DNA of 64,000 nt from an uncultured Gammaproteobacteria bacterium (GTDB taxonomy: Bacteria > Patescibacteriota > Patescibacteriia > UBA11705 > JABHMO01), in assembly GCA_964590105.1 (NCBI GenBank), contig CAZPYM010000001.1, positions 160,395-224,394 of the forward strand, written 5' to 3'. The notes under the pieces are model-generated. The model was not told the DNA's origin. It saw nothing but the letters and a program-made list of their open reading frames with translations, and made no database searches. Below are positions 28,052 to 38,852 of this stretch, piece by piece; position 1 is the stretch's first letter, and each line of letters starts with the position of its first letter. The position numbers and the translations under genes were made by a program.

Positions 28052-29461
28052 ATGAAAGAAAATAAAAACAATAAAAAGCAGTCACGGTTTCAATCGAAAA
28101 TAAAAATTGACTCACTTGTCCGGCGCAATGGCTTTAATATTGTTTTTGGCGGAGAAAATAGATATGGCGTCAGATATGATACGGAAATATTTTCCGGTCT
28201 TAATTTGAACTTGAAAAAAACTTTGGCGGATAATTTTGTTTACGCGCGTACGCGTCAGCTGGCTTTTGGCGTTGATCCTGTCATGGAATACCAATTTGCC
28301 CGCCCTGACCTAGCTGATTTCGCTGATTTTGGCATAGTCAAAGATTTTGGCAAGATCGCCGACGCCAATGGCCAGAAAACAAAAAAATTTATTAATGCTT
28401 TTCAGGCTGACAAGAAAAAAAAAATAAGTTATTCAGTTGATAGGCGGCGATATCCCTTAATTCCTCAAAAGCAAACACTTGCGAATCGGGCGATTTTGGC
28501 AATTTCTTTTGGCAAAGACAGCTTGCTGTCATATGGCTTGGCAAAGGAATTGGGTATTGATTGTCGTCTTGTTTTTGTCCGTGAAATGGAAAATCTGAAC
28601 AGCGTGGAAGCTAAGTTCAAACGTCGAATTATTCGCGATTTTATTAAAAAAGAGAGCGTTCAGATTAGCTACTTGTATGACAATGCTGACGAGATATTCA
28701 TGTCAAAAGTTCTTAATCGAAAAATAAAAGAATTTGACAATACCAATGGCATGCTGGCTTTTTTGCTGGAGCTCTTGCCGCTGGCATATTATCATCGCGC
28801 CAAATATGTTATTTTCGGCAATGAGGCTAATTTTTCTGATTATTTTATTAATCGCGATGGGTACAAGGCTTTTCCGTCTTTTGATCAATCTGTTGTTTAC
28901 GCGAAAAAGCTTAATCAATATTTGATGCGTTGTACGCGCGGCAATTTGCAATCGGTGAGCTTGGTGGAGCCGCTGTACAATTTAGCTGAAATGCGGATCT
29001 TGCATCACCGGTATCCTGATTTACTCCAGTATTTGATGTCCTGCTCGCCGGAAAAGCGCGGCAGTGAAAAGTGGTGCTATGAATGCCCCATGTGCGCAAA
29101 AGCATATTTGTATTTTGTGGCTGTTGGCGGCGTCCCCAAACAAATTGGTTTTAACAGAAATTTTTTTGAAAAAAAATATCTACGTCAATATGCGCTTTTT
29201 TCCACAGAAATGCCTCGCGCTTATGAAAAACCGCCGGCTGTGCGCGACGAACAGCTTTTGGCGTTTCTCCTCTCGTATCGGCGGGGGATTCGTGGCGACT
29301 TGATGGAATTATTCGTAAAAAATTTTTTGTTTGAGGCGAAGAAAAGAGAAAAATCCTTGCGTCAAAAGTTTTTTTCTTTGCATGCTTTTGCCTCAGTGCC
29401 CGGATGTTATGAAAAAAAATTATCTAATATTTTTAAAACCGAATTAAAAGAATTTTTATGA
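28052..29461 (+). CDS. PP-loop ATP pyrophosphatase family protein (MurL-like)
   Basis: SFGKDS PP-loop, GNE, SC and WCYECPMC motifs. Confidence 0.65.
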   Translation: MKENKNNKKQSRFQSKIKIDSLVRRNGFNIVFGGENRYGVRYDTEIFSGLNLNLKKTLADNFVYARTRQLAFGVDPVMEYQFARPDLADFADFGIVKDFGKIADANGQKTKKFINAFQADKKKKISYSVDRRRYPLIPQKQTLANRAILAISFGKDSLLSYGLAKELGIDCRLVFVREMENLNSVEAKFKRRIIRDFIKKESVQISYLYDNADEIFMSKVLNRKIKEFDNTNGMLAFLLELLPLAYYHRAKYVIFGNEANFSDYFINRDGYKAFPSFDQSVVYAKKLNQYLMRCTRGNLQSVSLVEPLYNLAEMRILHHRYPDLLQYLMSCSPEKRGSEKWCYECPMCAKAYLYFVAVGGVPKQIGFNRNFFEKKYLRQYALFSTEMPRAYEKPPAVRDEQLLAFLLSYRRGIRGDLMELFVKNFLFEAKKREKSLRQKFFSLHAFASVPGCYEKKLSNIFKTELKEFL

Positions 29462-31887
29462 AGAATGGCAATGATTTCAGTGGCAAAACCATACTGCTGG
29501 TTAATTCCGGATCAATTAAAAAACGATTCATATTGCAGCGCTTGAAAAAATTGGGCGTAAAAATTATTTGTCTTAACGGCGAAAAAAATTGGGCTCAGGC
29601 CTATGTTGATAGTTGGATAATAGCTGATAATACCAATTATCGCGAGGCGGTCGGAGCAGTCAAGGATTTTTTGAACAATAATCCGCAAGAGCGGCTGGAC
29701 GGTGCGCTGACCTTTTGGGAAGACGATGTTTTGTTGACTGCGAAAATTATAGATAAATTCAATTTAATCGGTACGCCCTACGCCATCGCAAAAAATATCA
29801 GAAATAAATTCGCTTTTCGCGAATTTTGCCGCTCGAACAATCTGCCGTCGCCAAAGTACGCTCTGTTGAAAAGCGCGGCGGATATTCAAAATTTACCGCC
29901 GGATTTCAAATTTCCCCTGGTGATTAAGCCTGCTTACGGAGCCAGCAGCGCTTATGTTGTGAGAGTTGATAATCAGGAAGATTTGCTTAGCACTTACAAT
30001 TACATCAAGAAAAATATTTCATCCAAAATTGAAAGTGCGCTTATCGAAGGCGTGGATATTTTCGTGGAGGAATACATAGACGGCGACGAAGTGGACGTGG
30101 ACATTGTCTTGCAGAACGGCAAAATAAAGTTTTATTCGATTTCAGACAATTATCAGACAAAAGAGCCGTTTTTTGTCGAAACTGGACAATCGATTCCGTC
30201 CGGGCTTTCAAAAAAGATTCAATTTGACCTTATCTCCTCGGCGGAGGAAATTTTGGAAAAGATGGGCGTGCAAAATGGCGTTATCCATTTTGAAGCTAAG
30301 TCAACTCTCTCCGGGCCGGTTCCAATTGAAATAAATTTGCGCATGGGCGGCGACGAGGTGCATTCTTTTGTCAAAGGAGCTTGGGGAATTGATCTTATTG
30401 ACGCCGCGGTCATGGTGGCCTTGGGATATTTTGTTCCAAAGGTTCAAATTCCTGAAATGCCAAAGAAGTACATGACGGGAGTTTATTTTTTGACTGATTG
30501 CTCGGGCATTTTGTCCAAATTGGAGATTCGGCCGGAATTATCCAAATTGCCATCTTTGGAAGAGGTGCATTTTTTCAAACGAATAGGAGACGCGATATTG
30601 GTTCCGCCGGAGGGCTATGAATATTTGGGCTGGATCACGGTTTCCGGTTACAGCTTGCTTGACGCTCAAGAAAATTTAAAGCAGGCGCTTAAATACATTC
30701 AGTATGAAGTGGCCAAATTTGCTCCGGAATCTTCCATCGGGAAAACTTCTCGCAAAAATAGTTTTTCTCAGGCCGAACTTCACGGCAATTTGCTTGTTCA
30801 TCGCGTCAAAATTGAAAAAATCAGAGTTATTAAAAAAGAGGATCAGCGAAATTTGCACGTCGGCATTGCCTGTAATGTTTTTGAAAACAATGATGGAAAG
30901 AATAATGTTGAACAGGAATTGATGTCAGTCGGACGCAATATCGAGGCGGCCCTGAAAGAACGCGGATATCGCACGACTTTTTTCAATTTCAATCAAATTG
31001 AAAAAGTATTTAATGATTTAAAGAATAGTGACGTGGATATTGTTTTTAATGTTTGCGAGCGCATTAACAATTCAAGCTTGCTCGAGCCGCATGCGGCAGC
31101 TTTGCTTGATATTTTGGGAGTGCCTTATACCGGATCAAATCCCTCTACCTTGAGCTTATGCATTGACAAGATTAGAGTAAAAAAATTGCTTTCGTATCAC
31201 AAAGTGCCGACCCCGCGCTGGGATTTTGCATATGAGTTGGACGACGAAATCGACAGCAATCTGAAATACCCGCTGATCGTCAAGCCCGCTAATACGGATA
31301 ATTCAATCGGCATTAATAATGATTCAGTGGTGTCGAATAAAGAAGAATTAAACCGTCAATTAAAAAAAATCATTGTTGAGATCGGCAGTCCGGCCTTGAT
31401 CGAAGAATTTATTGAAGGAGACGAATATGATGTCTCAATACTTGGAAGCGAGGATGATGATCTGCGCGTTTTGCCATTATCGAGGTCAATATTTAAAAAC
31501 ATGAAACAGGGGGATTGGCATATTTACACCCATGAAATGAAATTCGGCGAGAACTCATTGGATCAATTCGGTATAGTTGTGCAAAGACCGCCAAAAAATA
31601 TTAGTAAAAAATTGGAAACGCTCATGACTGAAATTGCGCTGGATACATATAATATACTAGGCTGTCACGACTATGGACGGGTTGAAATCAGAGTGGACAA
31701 AGATGACAATCCGTATGTACTGGAATTAAATCCGAATCCATCCATTAACATTAAAGATTGTGTCCCTTCGGTCGCGGATTTGTCGGGACTGGGTTATGAA
31801 GATTTTTTGGAGAATATTATCAGCATGGCTATACGGCGCTATCGCAACCGTCCGCCATATTATCATCTGAAAACAAATTCCATGTGA
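29458..31887 (+). CDS. Tandem ATP-grasp protein: L-amino-acid-ligase-like domain fused to a D-Ala-D-Ala-ligase-like domain
   Basis: Domain 1: RNKFAFR, PLVIKP, EEYIDG, IEINLRMGG. Domain 2: GVPYTGS, DKIRVK, PLIVKP..TDNSIGI, YGRVE, LELNPNP. Confidence 0.88.
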   Translation: MKNGNDFSGKTILLVNSGSIKKRFILQRLKKLGVKIICLNGEKNWAQAYVDSWIIADNTNYREAVGAVKDFLNNNPQERLDGALTFWEDDVLLTAKIIDKFNLIGTPYAIAKNIRNKFAFREFCRSNNLPSPKYALLKSAADIQNLPPDFKFPLVIKPAYGASSAYVVRVDNQEDLLSTYNYIKKNISSKIESALIEGVDIFVEEYIDGDEVDVDIVLQNGKIKFYSISDNYQTKEPFFVETGQSIPSGLSKKIQFDLISSAEEILEKMGVQNGVIHFEAKSTLSGPVPIEINLRMGGDEVHSFVKGAWGIDLIDAAVMVALGYFVPKVQIPEMPKKYMTGVYFLTDCSGILSKLEIRPELSKLPSLEEVHFFKRIGDAILVPPEGYEYLGWITVSGYSLLDAQENLKQALKYIQYEVAKFAPESSIGKTSRKNSFSQAELHGNLLVHRVKIEKIRVIKKEDQRNLHVGIACNVFENNDGKNNVEQELMSVGRNIEAALKERGYRTTFFNFNQIEKVFNDLKNSDVDIVFNVCERINNSSLLEPHAAALLDILGVPYTGSNPSTLSLCIDKIRVKKLLSYHKVPTPRWDFAYELDDEIDSNLKYPLIVKPANTDNSIGINNDSVVSNKEELNRQLKKIIVEIGSPALIEEFIEGDEYDVSILGSEDDDLRVLPLSRSIFKNMKQGDWHIYTHEMKFGENSLDQFGIVVQRPPKNISKKLETLMTEIALDTYNILGCHDYGRVEIRVDKDDNPYVLELNPNPSINIKDCVPSVADLSGLGYEDFLENIISMAIRRYRNRPPYYHLKTNSM

Positions 31888-32034
31888 TAGGTTTGTTTTC
31901 ATGGCGACTTTATTTTAAACCGATGAAAAATCATGGCGTATGCTATGTTTTTTTATGTTTGATTGAATTGATTTTTTAGGCTGATTATGTTAATCTTTAT
32001 TTAGAAATAAGTTAATTTATAATGCTTTTTTATT

Positions 32035-33618
32035 ATGCAAAAATTAAAGGTTATTGGTTCCGTAGTGACCGTAATTTTAATAATTATAATTGTTTTCGGC
32101 TTTGCTGTGAATTTTATTCTGGGATCTGCTGAAATGCCGGACCCGGTCATTCAGGTTATAGTTGAAAAAGGCCAGGTTTGGCACCGCGGGCAAGGCGATA
32201 TTGATTTTCAAGAGGTTGACAGCCAGATTCAGGCTGTAGCGGGAGATATTGTGAAAACAGGAGATAATTCAGTGGCCAGAATTTCATTTTTTGGCACGCA
32301 GGAGCTAATGATGGACGAGGATTCGGAAGTGATAATTACGGCGGGCATGATAGACCAAAATTCGCCGCTCCTGACCCAGGTCAAAGTGAAGTTGATCAAA
32401 GGGCAGGTTTGGGCTCGGTTGATGGAGCTATTGCATCCACAGGCGGCTTTTGAAGTGGAGGCCGGCAACGTGGTGGCCACAGTGCGCGGGACTTCATTTA
32501 ACGTGGCTCTGACGGACACTTATGTAGAGGTGTTTGTTTATGAAAATGAAGTCGCGATTTATGAAAAATCGAGCGAGGCGTTTCTGGCGGCACTGCAAAC
32601 TGGACAGATTTTTAGATATGATTTATTAAATAAAAAATTTGAAATTAATAGCGCGAATGTATTAGATCTGAAAACCAGCCAAAGAGAAAATCCTTGGATA
32701 CTGAATAATATGATGATGAATAGGGAATTTAAAAATTTTGTGGAATTCAATCGACAGCTGATTTTGAAAAAAATAAAAGTTTTACCAGACTCAAAATGGT
32801 TTAGATTAAAATTATTCGGCGAGCGGCTTCGCGGTTTTATTGCGCTTGATAAAGATTCATATCAACAAAAATTAAATGCTAAGAGAGCCATCGAAGCGCA
32901 AGCAATGTTTGATGCCGGCAAAATTGACCAAGCAATCGCTCATTTGCGCGAGTTTGGCATTAATAAAGAAAATTGTCCGACATTTGCCAGACTGCAATCA
33001 TTTGATGCGAATTTTACTGATAAGCTGGCTCGAAATGAGCAAGTGCGGGAATTCTTTTTTAGTGAAATGTTAAATGTGGCTGAGAAAGATTTTGTCGGCG
33101 CCAGGACTCAAAATATTAATTCAAAAATACAGTTACCGGTTGAATCAGACACTTTGAAAATCGAGGAGCCAGAGATCAAAGTTAATATTGAAGCGCCAAG
33201 CAAACCTGCAGAGCCGGCAACTGTACTGCCAACTGTGGAAACCGAACAGCCCAAAGCCCCAGAAAGCGCTCCGGTAGTGAAAGAACCCGTGGAAAATCAG
33301 ACAGCGCCGGCAGAACCGGCTAAACCGGTCAGCTTAAAAATCTCCGCTGATAAAGTGAATTTGTCATCCGGCGGACAAGCTGTTCTAGACGCTTTGCTCG
33401 AATATAGTGACAAAACAAGTTCAAATGTTACTGCGGATACTGTTTTGTCGCTTGGGCCCGATGATCTGACCGGTGAGTACGCCGGCAGTTTGAATGGAAA
33501 TATTTTTTCTGCGAGTGACCGAGGCGGCAAGGCGTACATCAAAGGCACTTACAGAACTTTAGATGGACAATCGTTTAGCGACAATCTGACAATTACTGTT
33601 TTGATAATGGTGAATTAA
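32035..33618 (+). CDS. Membrane-anchored FecR-domain protein
   Basis: N-terminal TM, GDIVKTG, VATVRGTSF, a Pro/Glu linker and an Ig-like end. Confidence 0.85.
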   Translation: MQKLKVIGSVVTVILIIIIVFGFAVNFILGSAEMPDPVIQVIVEKGQVWHRGQGDIDFQEVDSQIQAVAGDIVKTGDNSVARISFFGTQELMMDEDSEVIITAGMIDQNSPLLTQVKVKLIKGQVWARLMELLHPQAAFEVEAGNVVATVRGTSFNVALTDTYVEVFVYENEVAIYEKSSEAFLAALQTGQIFRYDLLNKKFEINSANVLDLKTSQRENPWILNNMMMNREFKNFVEFNRQLILKKIKVLPDSKWFRLKLFGERLRGFIALDKDSYQQKLNAKRAIEAQAMFDAGKIDQAIAHLREFGINKENCPTFARLQSFDANFTDKLARNEQVREFFFSEMLNVAEKDFVGARTQNINSKIQLPVESDTLKIEEPEIKVNIEAPSKPAEPATVLPTVETEQPKAPESAPVVKEPVENQTAPAEPAKPVSLKISADKVNLSSGGQAVLDALLEYSDKTSSNVTADTVLSLGPDDLTGEYAGSLNGNIFSASDRGGKAYIKGTYRTLDGQSFSDNLTITVLIMVN

Positions 33619-33632
33619 TTTTTCCATTGTTT

Positions 33633-35618
33633 ATGGTAAGTAAAAAAGTAAAATCATTCAGTGCCGTGATAGTTGTCGCGTTTGCCGTCGGCATTGTGTT
33701 TTTATTGATGGACTTTGGTGTGTTTTCGTTGTTTGACGCGCTTTTTCAGGATAAGCTATTTATTCAAGAAAATTTATCTGGTCAGGTTGTAATTATCGGA
33801 ATTGACGATAAATCCATTCAGCAATACGGCGAATGGCCGTGGATGCGCGACAAGCACGCGGACATGATTGAAAAGCTGGAACAATCAGGCGCAAAAGTGA
33901 TCGGCTATGATGTGACATTTAGCGAACGAGGCCAGGGGGATGAAGCTTTGCTTCAAACGCTCGGCAAATATAACAATCTGGTCTTTCCTATGGAAGGACA
34001 AATTATAGTCAGTGAGAATGAAAAGCCGAAATTCAAAAGTGTTTTATGGCCAATAAATGAGATTAGGCAAGGCGCTTTTGTCGGCCATGTGAATTTTGTT
34101 CTTGACAGTGATGGCAAGATTAGGCGGACAGCCAATTATGTTAAATATAATGATTTGAATATTGCGCCGTTTTTTGTCGGCGTCCTGCAAAAAGGCGGCT
34201 ATTGGCAGGAGGAAAACGACCTGTTTCCATCTTTGTATGATTTTGATAAATACGGTTTGTTCAGAATTAGATTCTTGGGCCCGGAGCAAACATTCAAATA
34301 CTATTCTTTTGCCGACGTAATGCAGAGTGATTTTGACGCCGGAATCTTGAACAACAAAATTGTTCTGGTGGGCGCGGTGGCGAGCGATTTGCATGACGAA
34401 TTTTATACCGCTTCCACGCGGACCAGCGCTATGTCCGGCGTAGAAGTGCAGGCCAATCTGATTGATGGTTATTTGCAACAGAAAACTATCAGGGAAATTA
34501 ACAATATTTTTTATTATTTAATATTATTTGTTGTTCTCGGAATAGCGGGTGGATTGATTGTTTTTAGGACAAATTGGTATTATTCATTGCCTTTGTTGAT
34601 TGCCCTCATCGTTTTATATTTAATCGGCGTGGCGCTGGCTTTTGCTTTTGAATATTTGATTTCAATTTTATATCCGCTTTTGCTGATTATAATAATTTTC
34701 GCTTTTGGTTATTTGGTAAAGTATCTTTTTGAATCGCAGGAAAAGAAAAAAATCCGCGCCGGTTTTTCGCAATACGTTGCCAAAGAGGTTGTTGATGAAT
34801 TGATCGCTCACCCGGAAAAATTAAATCTTGGTGGCGAGCGACGGGAACTGACAATTTTATTTTCCGATATCCGCGGTTTTACCGGCTTGTCCGAAAAAAT
34901 GAAGCCAGAGGAGCTGGTAAATTATCTGAACGATTATTTGACTGAAATGACCGGCGTAATAATGCAAACTCGTGGCGTGGTTGATAAATTTATCGGCGAC
35001 GCAATCATGGCTTTTTGGAATTCGCCGCTTGACAATGAAAATCACCGGCAGGACGGATTACGGACAGCTATTTTAATGCAGCGCTGTTTGAAGCTGTTTA
35101 ATATCAAAATGAAACAAAGAGGCGAGCCGGAAATTGAAATTGGCATCGGCCTTAATTCCGGCGAAGTAGTTGTCGGCAATCTGGGTTCGCGGGAGCGATT
35201 TGATTATACGGCCATTGGCGATGATGTTAATCTGGCCTCGCGGCTCGAAAGTTTAACAAAATATTACGGTGTTGGTATTTTGGCTTCTGAAAAAACCGTA
35301 TTGCCGGCAAAAGCAGGTTTTGCTATTCGATATTTGGACACGGTGGCTGTCAAGGGTAAGCAAACCGGCGTGAGAGTTTATCAAGTACTGGGTTTTGTTG
35401 AAGACAAAAAACAATTTGCTGATTTGATTGAAGAATTTGAAGCGGCGACTGAATTATATTTAAATCAAAAATGGCCGGAAGCAATAGCTGCCTTTGAAAA
35501 ATTGCAAAAAAAATATCCTGATGACCGGCCGATTGAAATGTATTTGACCCGGATTCGCGAGTATCAGGAAAAGCCGCCGGAAAATTTTGACGGAGTGTTT
35601 CGAGCGAGCTTTAAGTAG
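33633..35618 (+). CDS. CHASE2-domain adenylate/guanylate cyclase
   Basis: IDDKS...WPW.R, GVEVQAN, 3 TM, LFSDIRGFT, DKFIGDAIMA and GDDVNLASRLE motifs. Confidence 0.95.
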   Translation: MVSKKVKSFSAVIVVAFAVGIVFLLMDFGVFSLFDALFQDKLFIQENLSGQVVIIGIDDKSIQQYGEWPWMRDKHADMIEKLEQSGAKVIGYDVTFSERGQGDEALLQTLGKYNNLVFPMEGQIIVSENEKPKFKSVLWPINEIRQGAFVGHVNFVLDSDGKIRRTANYVKYNDLNIAPFFVGVLQKGGYWQEENDLFPSLYDFDKYGLFRIRFLGPEQTFKYYSFADVMQSDFDAGILNNKIVLVGAVASDLHDEFYTASTRTSAMSGVEVQANLIDGYLQQKTIREINNIFYYLILFVVLGIAGGLIVFRTNWYYSLPLLIALIVLYLIGVALAFAFEYLISILYPLLLIIIIFAFGYLVKYLFESQEKKKIRAGFSQYVAKEVVDELIAHPEKLNLGGERRELTILFSDIRGFTGLSEKMKPEELVNYLNDYLTEMTGVIMQTRGVVDKFIGDAIMAFWNSPLDNENHRQDGLRTAILMQRCLKLFNIKMKQRGEPEIEIGIGLNSGEVVVGNLGSRERFDYTAIGDDVNLASRLESLTKYYGVGILASEKTVLPAKAGFAIRYLDTVAVKGKQTGVRVYQVLGFVEDKKQFADLIEEFEAATELYLNQKWPEAIAAFEKLQKKYPDDRPIEMYLTRIREYQEKPPENFDGVFRASFK

Positions 35619-35859
35619 TTAAACGTTATAAGGTAAAAGGTAAAAGTTGGAAAAGATAAAGGAGGTCTACTAGATTAACTGAATTTCCGCCATAGGTGGA
35701 TGCGCCTTTGGCGCAAACTTAATTAACTTGGTCAACTTGGTTAACTCTCTTCCTAATTAGCGATCGCGACCGTTCAGTACTAAAAGTTAAAAAGCTCGGC
35801 TGAGGATGGTCGAGCTTTTTGATTGTCAAACAGGCGAATAATTGCTAATATTGGTTTGT

Positions 35860-37080
35860 ATGGAAAAGCCTTTCAATATCAGACCGCTCGCCGATCGTAT
35901 GCGGCCCAGCTCGCTGGACTTTTTTTTGGGTCAGGAAGAAATCGTGGGAGACAAAACATTATTGCGGCAGGCGATTGAATCTGACCGCGTACCGTCCATG
36001 ATTTTTTGGGGTCCGCCCGGCACCGGCAAAACAACCTTGGCCCACATTATTGCCAATTCAACCAAGTCAAATTTTATTAGAATCAGTGCGGTCGCAAGTG
36101 GAGTGAAAGATCTGCGGGAAATTATCAGTAGCGCTGAAGCGGCCGGCCGACTGGGTGAAAGCACGATTCTTTTTATTGACGAGATCCACCGCTGGAGCAA
36201 ATCGCAACAAGATTATCTTTTGCCGATCGTGGAACGCGGCACAGTTACTTTGATCGGCGCCACCACGGAAAACCCGAGTTTTGAAGTGAGGGGGGCGCTG
36301 TTGTCTCGTTGCCGGGTTTTTGTTTTGAAGCAATTAACAGCCGAACAAATTAAAAAAATAATTGAGCAAGCACTTGAGGACAAAGAAAAAGGGCTGGGGG
36401 ATTTGAACATAAAAATTAATTCAGAAGTAATTGAGATGATTGCCGGGATGAGCAATGGCGACGCGCGAACCGCACTGAATATTCTGGAATATGCGAGTTC
36501 AATTGACAAAAATATTACAGCTGAAATTGTTAAACAGGCATTTCAAAAATCGCATTTAATGTATGACAAAAACGGCGACGAGCATTACAATATAATTTCT
36601 GCCTTGCACAAGGCAATGCGCGGTTCGGACGCCAATGCCGCGCTGTATTGGCTGGCGCGAATGCTCGAGGCCGGCGAGGATCCTCTCTACGTCGCGAGAA
36701 GAATTGTCCGGTTTGCATCTGAGGATATCGGCCTGGCCAATTCTCGAGCCTTGGAGCAGGCGGTAGCCGCGTATCAAGCCTGTCATTTTCTTGGAATGCC
36801 GGAATGTAATTTGGCAATAGCGCAAGCGGTTGTTTATATGGCTAAATGCACAAAGTCTAACCAGCTGTACTCAGCTTATCAAAAAGTTCAAAAAGATATT
36901 GAACAATTTGGCAATCTGCCGGTGCCACTGCACATTCGAAACGCGCCGACCAAACTTATGAAAGAGTTGGGTTACGGTAAAGAATACAAGTACAGTCCGG
37001 ACTTTGATTACAATGAAAAACAGCAGTATTTGCCGGATGAATTGAAAAATAAAAATTATTTAGGTGTTGACAAAGCCTAG
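35860..37080 (+). CDS. rarA: Replication-associated recombination protein A (RarA/MgsA)
   Basis: [32 protein letters not shown] and ASEDIGLA motifs. Confidence 0.96.
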   Translation: MEKPFNIRPLADRMRPSSLDFFLGQEEIVGDKTLLRQAIESDRVPSMIFWGPPGTGKTTLAHIIANSTKSNFIRISAVASGVKDLREIISSAEAAGRLGESTILFIDEIHRWSKSQQDYLLPIVERGTVTLIGATTENPSFEVRGALLSRCRVFVLKQLTAEQIKKIIEQALEDKEKGLGDLNIKINSEVIEMIAGMSNGDARTALNILEYASSIDKNITAEIVKQAFQKSHLMYDKNGDEHYNIISALHKAMRGSDANAALYWLARMLEAGEDPLYVARRIVRFASEDIGLANSRALEQAVAAYQACHFLGMPECNLAIAQAVVYMAKCTKSNQLYSAYQKVQKDIEQFGNLPVPLHIRNAPTKLMKELGYGKEYKYSPDFDYNEKQQYLPDELKNKNYLGVDKA

Positions 37081-37139
37081 ACTTGCAGGCAAAATAAGAA
37101 TGAAATTTAGTAACTGCGCACTTTATAGGGAGGAGTGCC

Positions 37140-37400
37140 ATGACAGATCCGTACGATCTCAAGAGTTTACCAACAAAAGTTCTTTTGCAGTATTTGCAAG
37201 CGGCGCGCGAAAAGCGAGGCCGGTATTATCCGGTTCCAGGCGGGCACGCGATTTCCAATGACGACATCAAAGCTGAATTGAAAAAGCGCGAGCATGTGCC
37301 CAATAAGCAGGAAGCTCGCGTTGTGAGGCGGGAACGGGCTTATCGCGATCAGGCGCGGCGTAATCGACGAAAATCGCAGAAAAAAAGGCGTGGCTGGTGA
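37140..37400 (+). CDS. Small basic hypothetical protein
   Basis: GGAGG RBS upstream, Arg/Lys-rich C-terminus and a downstream terminator-like hairpin. Confidence 0.65.
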   Translation: MTDPYDLKSLPTKVLLQYLQAAREKRGRYYPVPGGHAISNDDIKAELKKREHVPNKQEARVVRRERAYRDQARRNRRKSQKKRRGW

Positions 37401-37536
37401 GCTACGTGACACAAAGCAAGCTTTTGACGGCTTGCTTTTTACTTGTCAAATCTTGTCAATTGTAATATAATTAAGCTGATTTTAATAATTAATAAAATTT
37501 GCAAAATTTAACAAATTTGCAGGAAAATTAAACATT

Positions 37537-38109
37537 ATGCCAACGACAATCATCTACATTGTAATCGCAGTCGTCCTGATCATCATTTTTTGGCTGGTGG
37601 CTGTGTACAATGGATTAATTAAATTGAGAAATCGCGTTGATGAAGCTTTCTCCGATGTTGATGTTCAGCTGAAAAGACGCTATGACCTGATTCCAAATCT
37701 AATGGAAACAGTCAAGGGTTACATGCAGCACGAAGCCGGCACCCTGCAAAAAGTTACTGAAGCGAGAACAGCGGCGATGAGCGTTCACGACGACAAAAAC
37801 GCTTCAATGGAAGACAAAGGCAAAGCGGAAAATATGCTTAGTGGCGCGCTCAAAACTTTGTTTGCGGTAGCGGAAAGTTATCCGGATCTAAAAGCTTCAG
37901 CAAACTTTGCCAAACTTCAAGACGAGCTGAGCGACACTGAAAACAAAATTCAGGCCGCGCGCCGATTTTTCAATGGCAATGTCCGCGACTTCAATACCAA
38001 AATCCAGGTTTTCCCGAACAATATGATTGCCAATGGACTTGGCTTTAAAAAGTATGAATTTTTTGCCGCGGAAGAAGGGGAAAGGGAAAACGTTAAAGTG
38101 AAATTCTAA
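37537..38109 (+). CDS. lemA: LemA family protein
   Basis: YNGLI, DVQLKRRYDLIPNL and AESYPDLKAS motifs. Confidence 0.96.
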   Translation: MPTTIIYIVIAVVLIIIFWLVAVYNGLIKLRNRVDEAFSDVDVQLKRRYDLIPNLMETVKGYMQHEAGTLQKVTEARTAAMSVHDDKNASMEDKGKAENMLSGALKTLFAVAESYPDLKASANFAKLQDELSDTENKIQAARRFFNGNVRDFNTKIQVFPNNMIANGLGFKKYEFFAAEEGERENVKVKF

Positions 38110-38267
38110 AAGCCGAAAATAAAAAGAATCAAAGAGGTTGAGCTCATTTTTAGATTTCTGAAAAGGCCTAAATAAAAATATGAGAAATTTTGTTATCGTA
38201 GAACATATTGTTATAACAATTATTGTGTGATGCAATTTGGTGGATATAAAAGAAAAAGGAGGGGAAA

Positions 38268-38804
38268 ATGAGGATTAGGTTACTAATGCGAAAGGAAGTG
38301 CCGACTTTACTGGCACTTTACCAAGCCGCTTTTATGGGCAAACCATGGTTTATGTCATGGTCGTTGGAGAAGACAAAAAATTTATTCCAGGAGAGATCGG
38401 CGTTACCTGATTTTCTGTGTCATGTTTTAATAAAAGATGGCGTTATTGTAGCTGCGCACGGCTATAATCGTTTTTCAGACTGGAAACAATTAGGGGAATA
38501 TTTAGGCCCGACTGTAGGTGAAGACCTTGCTGTCCAATTGGCTGGCAGTGAAATATATTATGAAAATCTGCTTATCACCGACACTAAGGTTCAGGGTCGC
38601 GGTTTGGCGACAAGGTTAAGACAAGAAGTTTTTCGTCGCCTGCGCCGAAAGATTAATTCGCAAAAGGCAGTCGTGATTGCGCGTTATCGGTCAGATAATT
38701 TTGGAACAATCCAGAGTGCGAAAAAATGCGGCTTTGTTCACAGTGGAATTGAGTCGCCATTGCCAAATGGCCTGTTCTTTCAGTATTGGCAACTCATTTT
38801 GTAA
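38268..38804 (+). CDS. GNAT-family acetyltransferase-like protein
   Basis: VQGRGLA acetyl-CoA binding motif and N......KKCGF; strong RBS. Confidence 0.7.
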   Translation: MRIRLLMRKEVPTLLALYQAAFMGKPWFMSWSLEKTKNLFQERSALPDFLCHVLIKDGVIVAAHGYNRFSDWKQLGEYLGPTVGEDLAVQLAGSEIYYENLLITDTKVQGRGLATRLRQEVFRRLRRKINSQKAVVIARYRSDNFGTIQSAKKCGFVHSGIESPLPNGLFFQYWQLIL

Positions 38805-38852
38805 ATAAAAGGCCGGCGTGTCCGGCCTTAATTCAATAAATATAATTTACAT

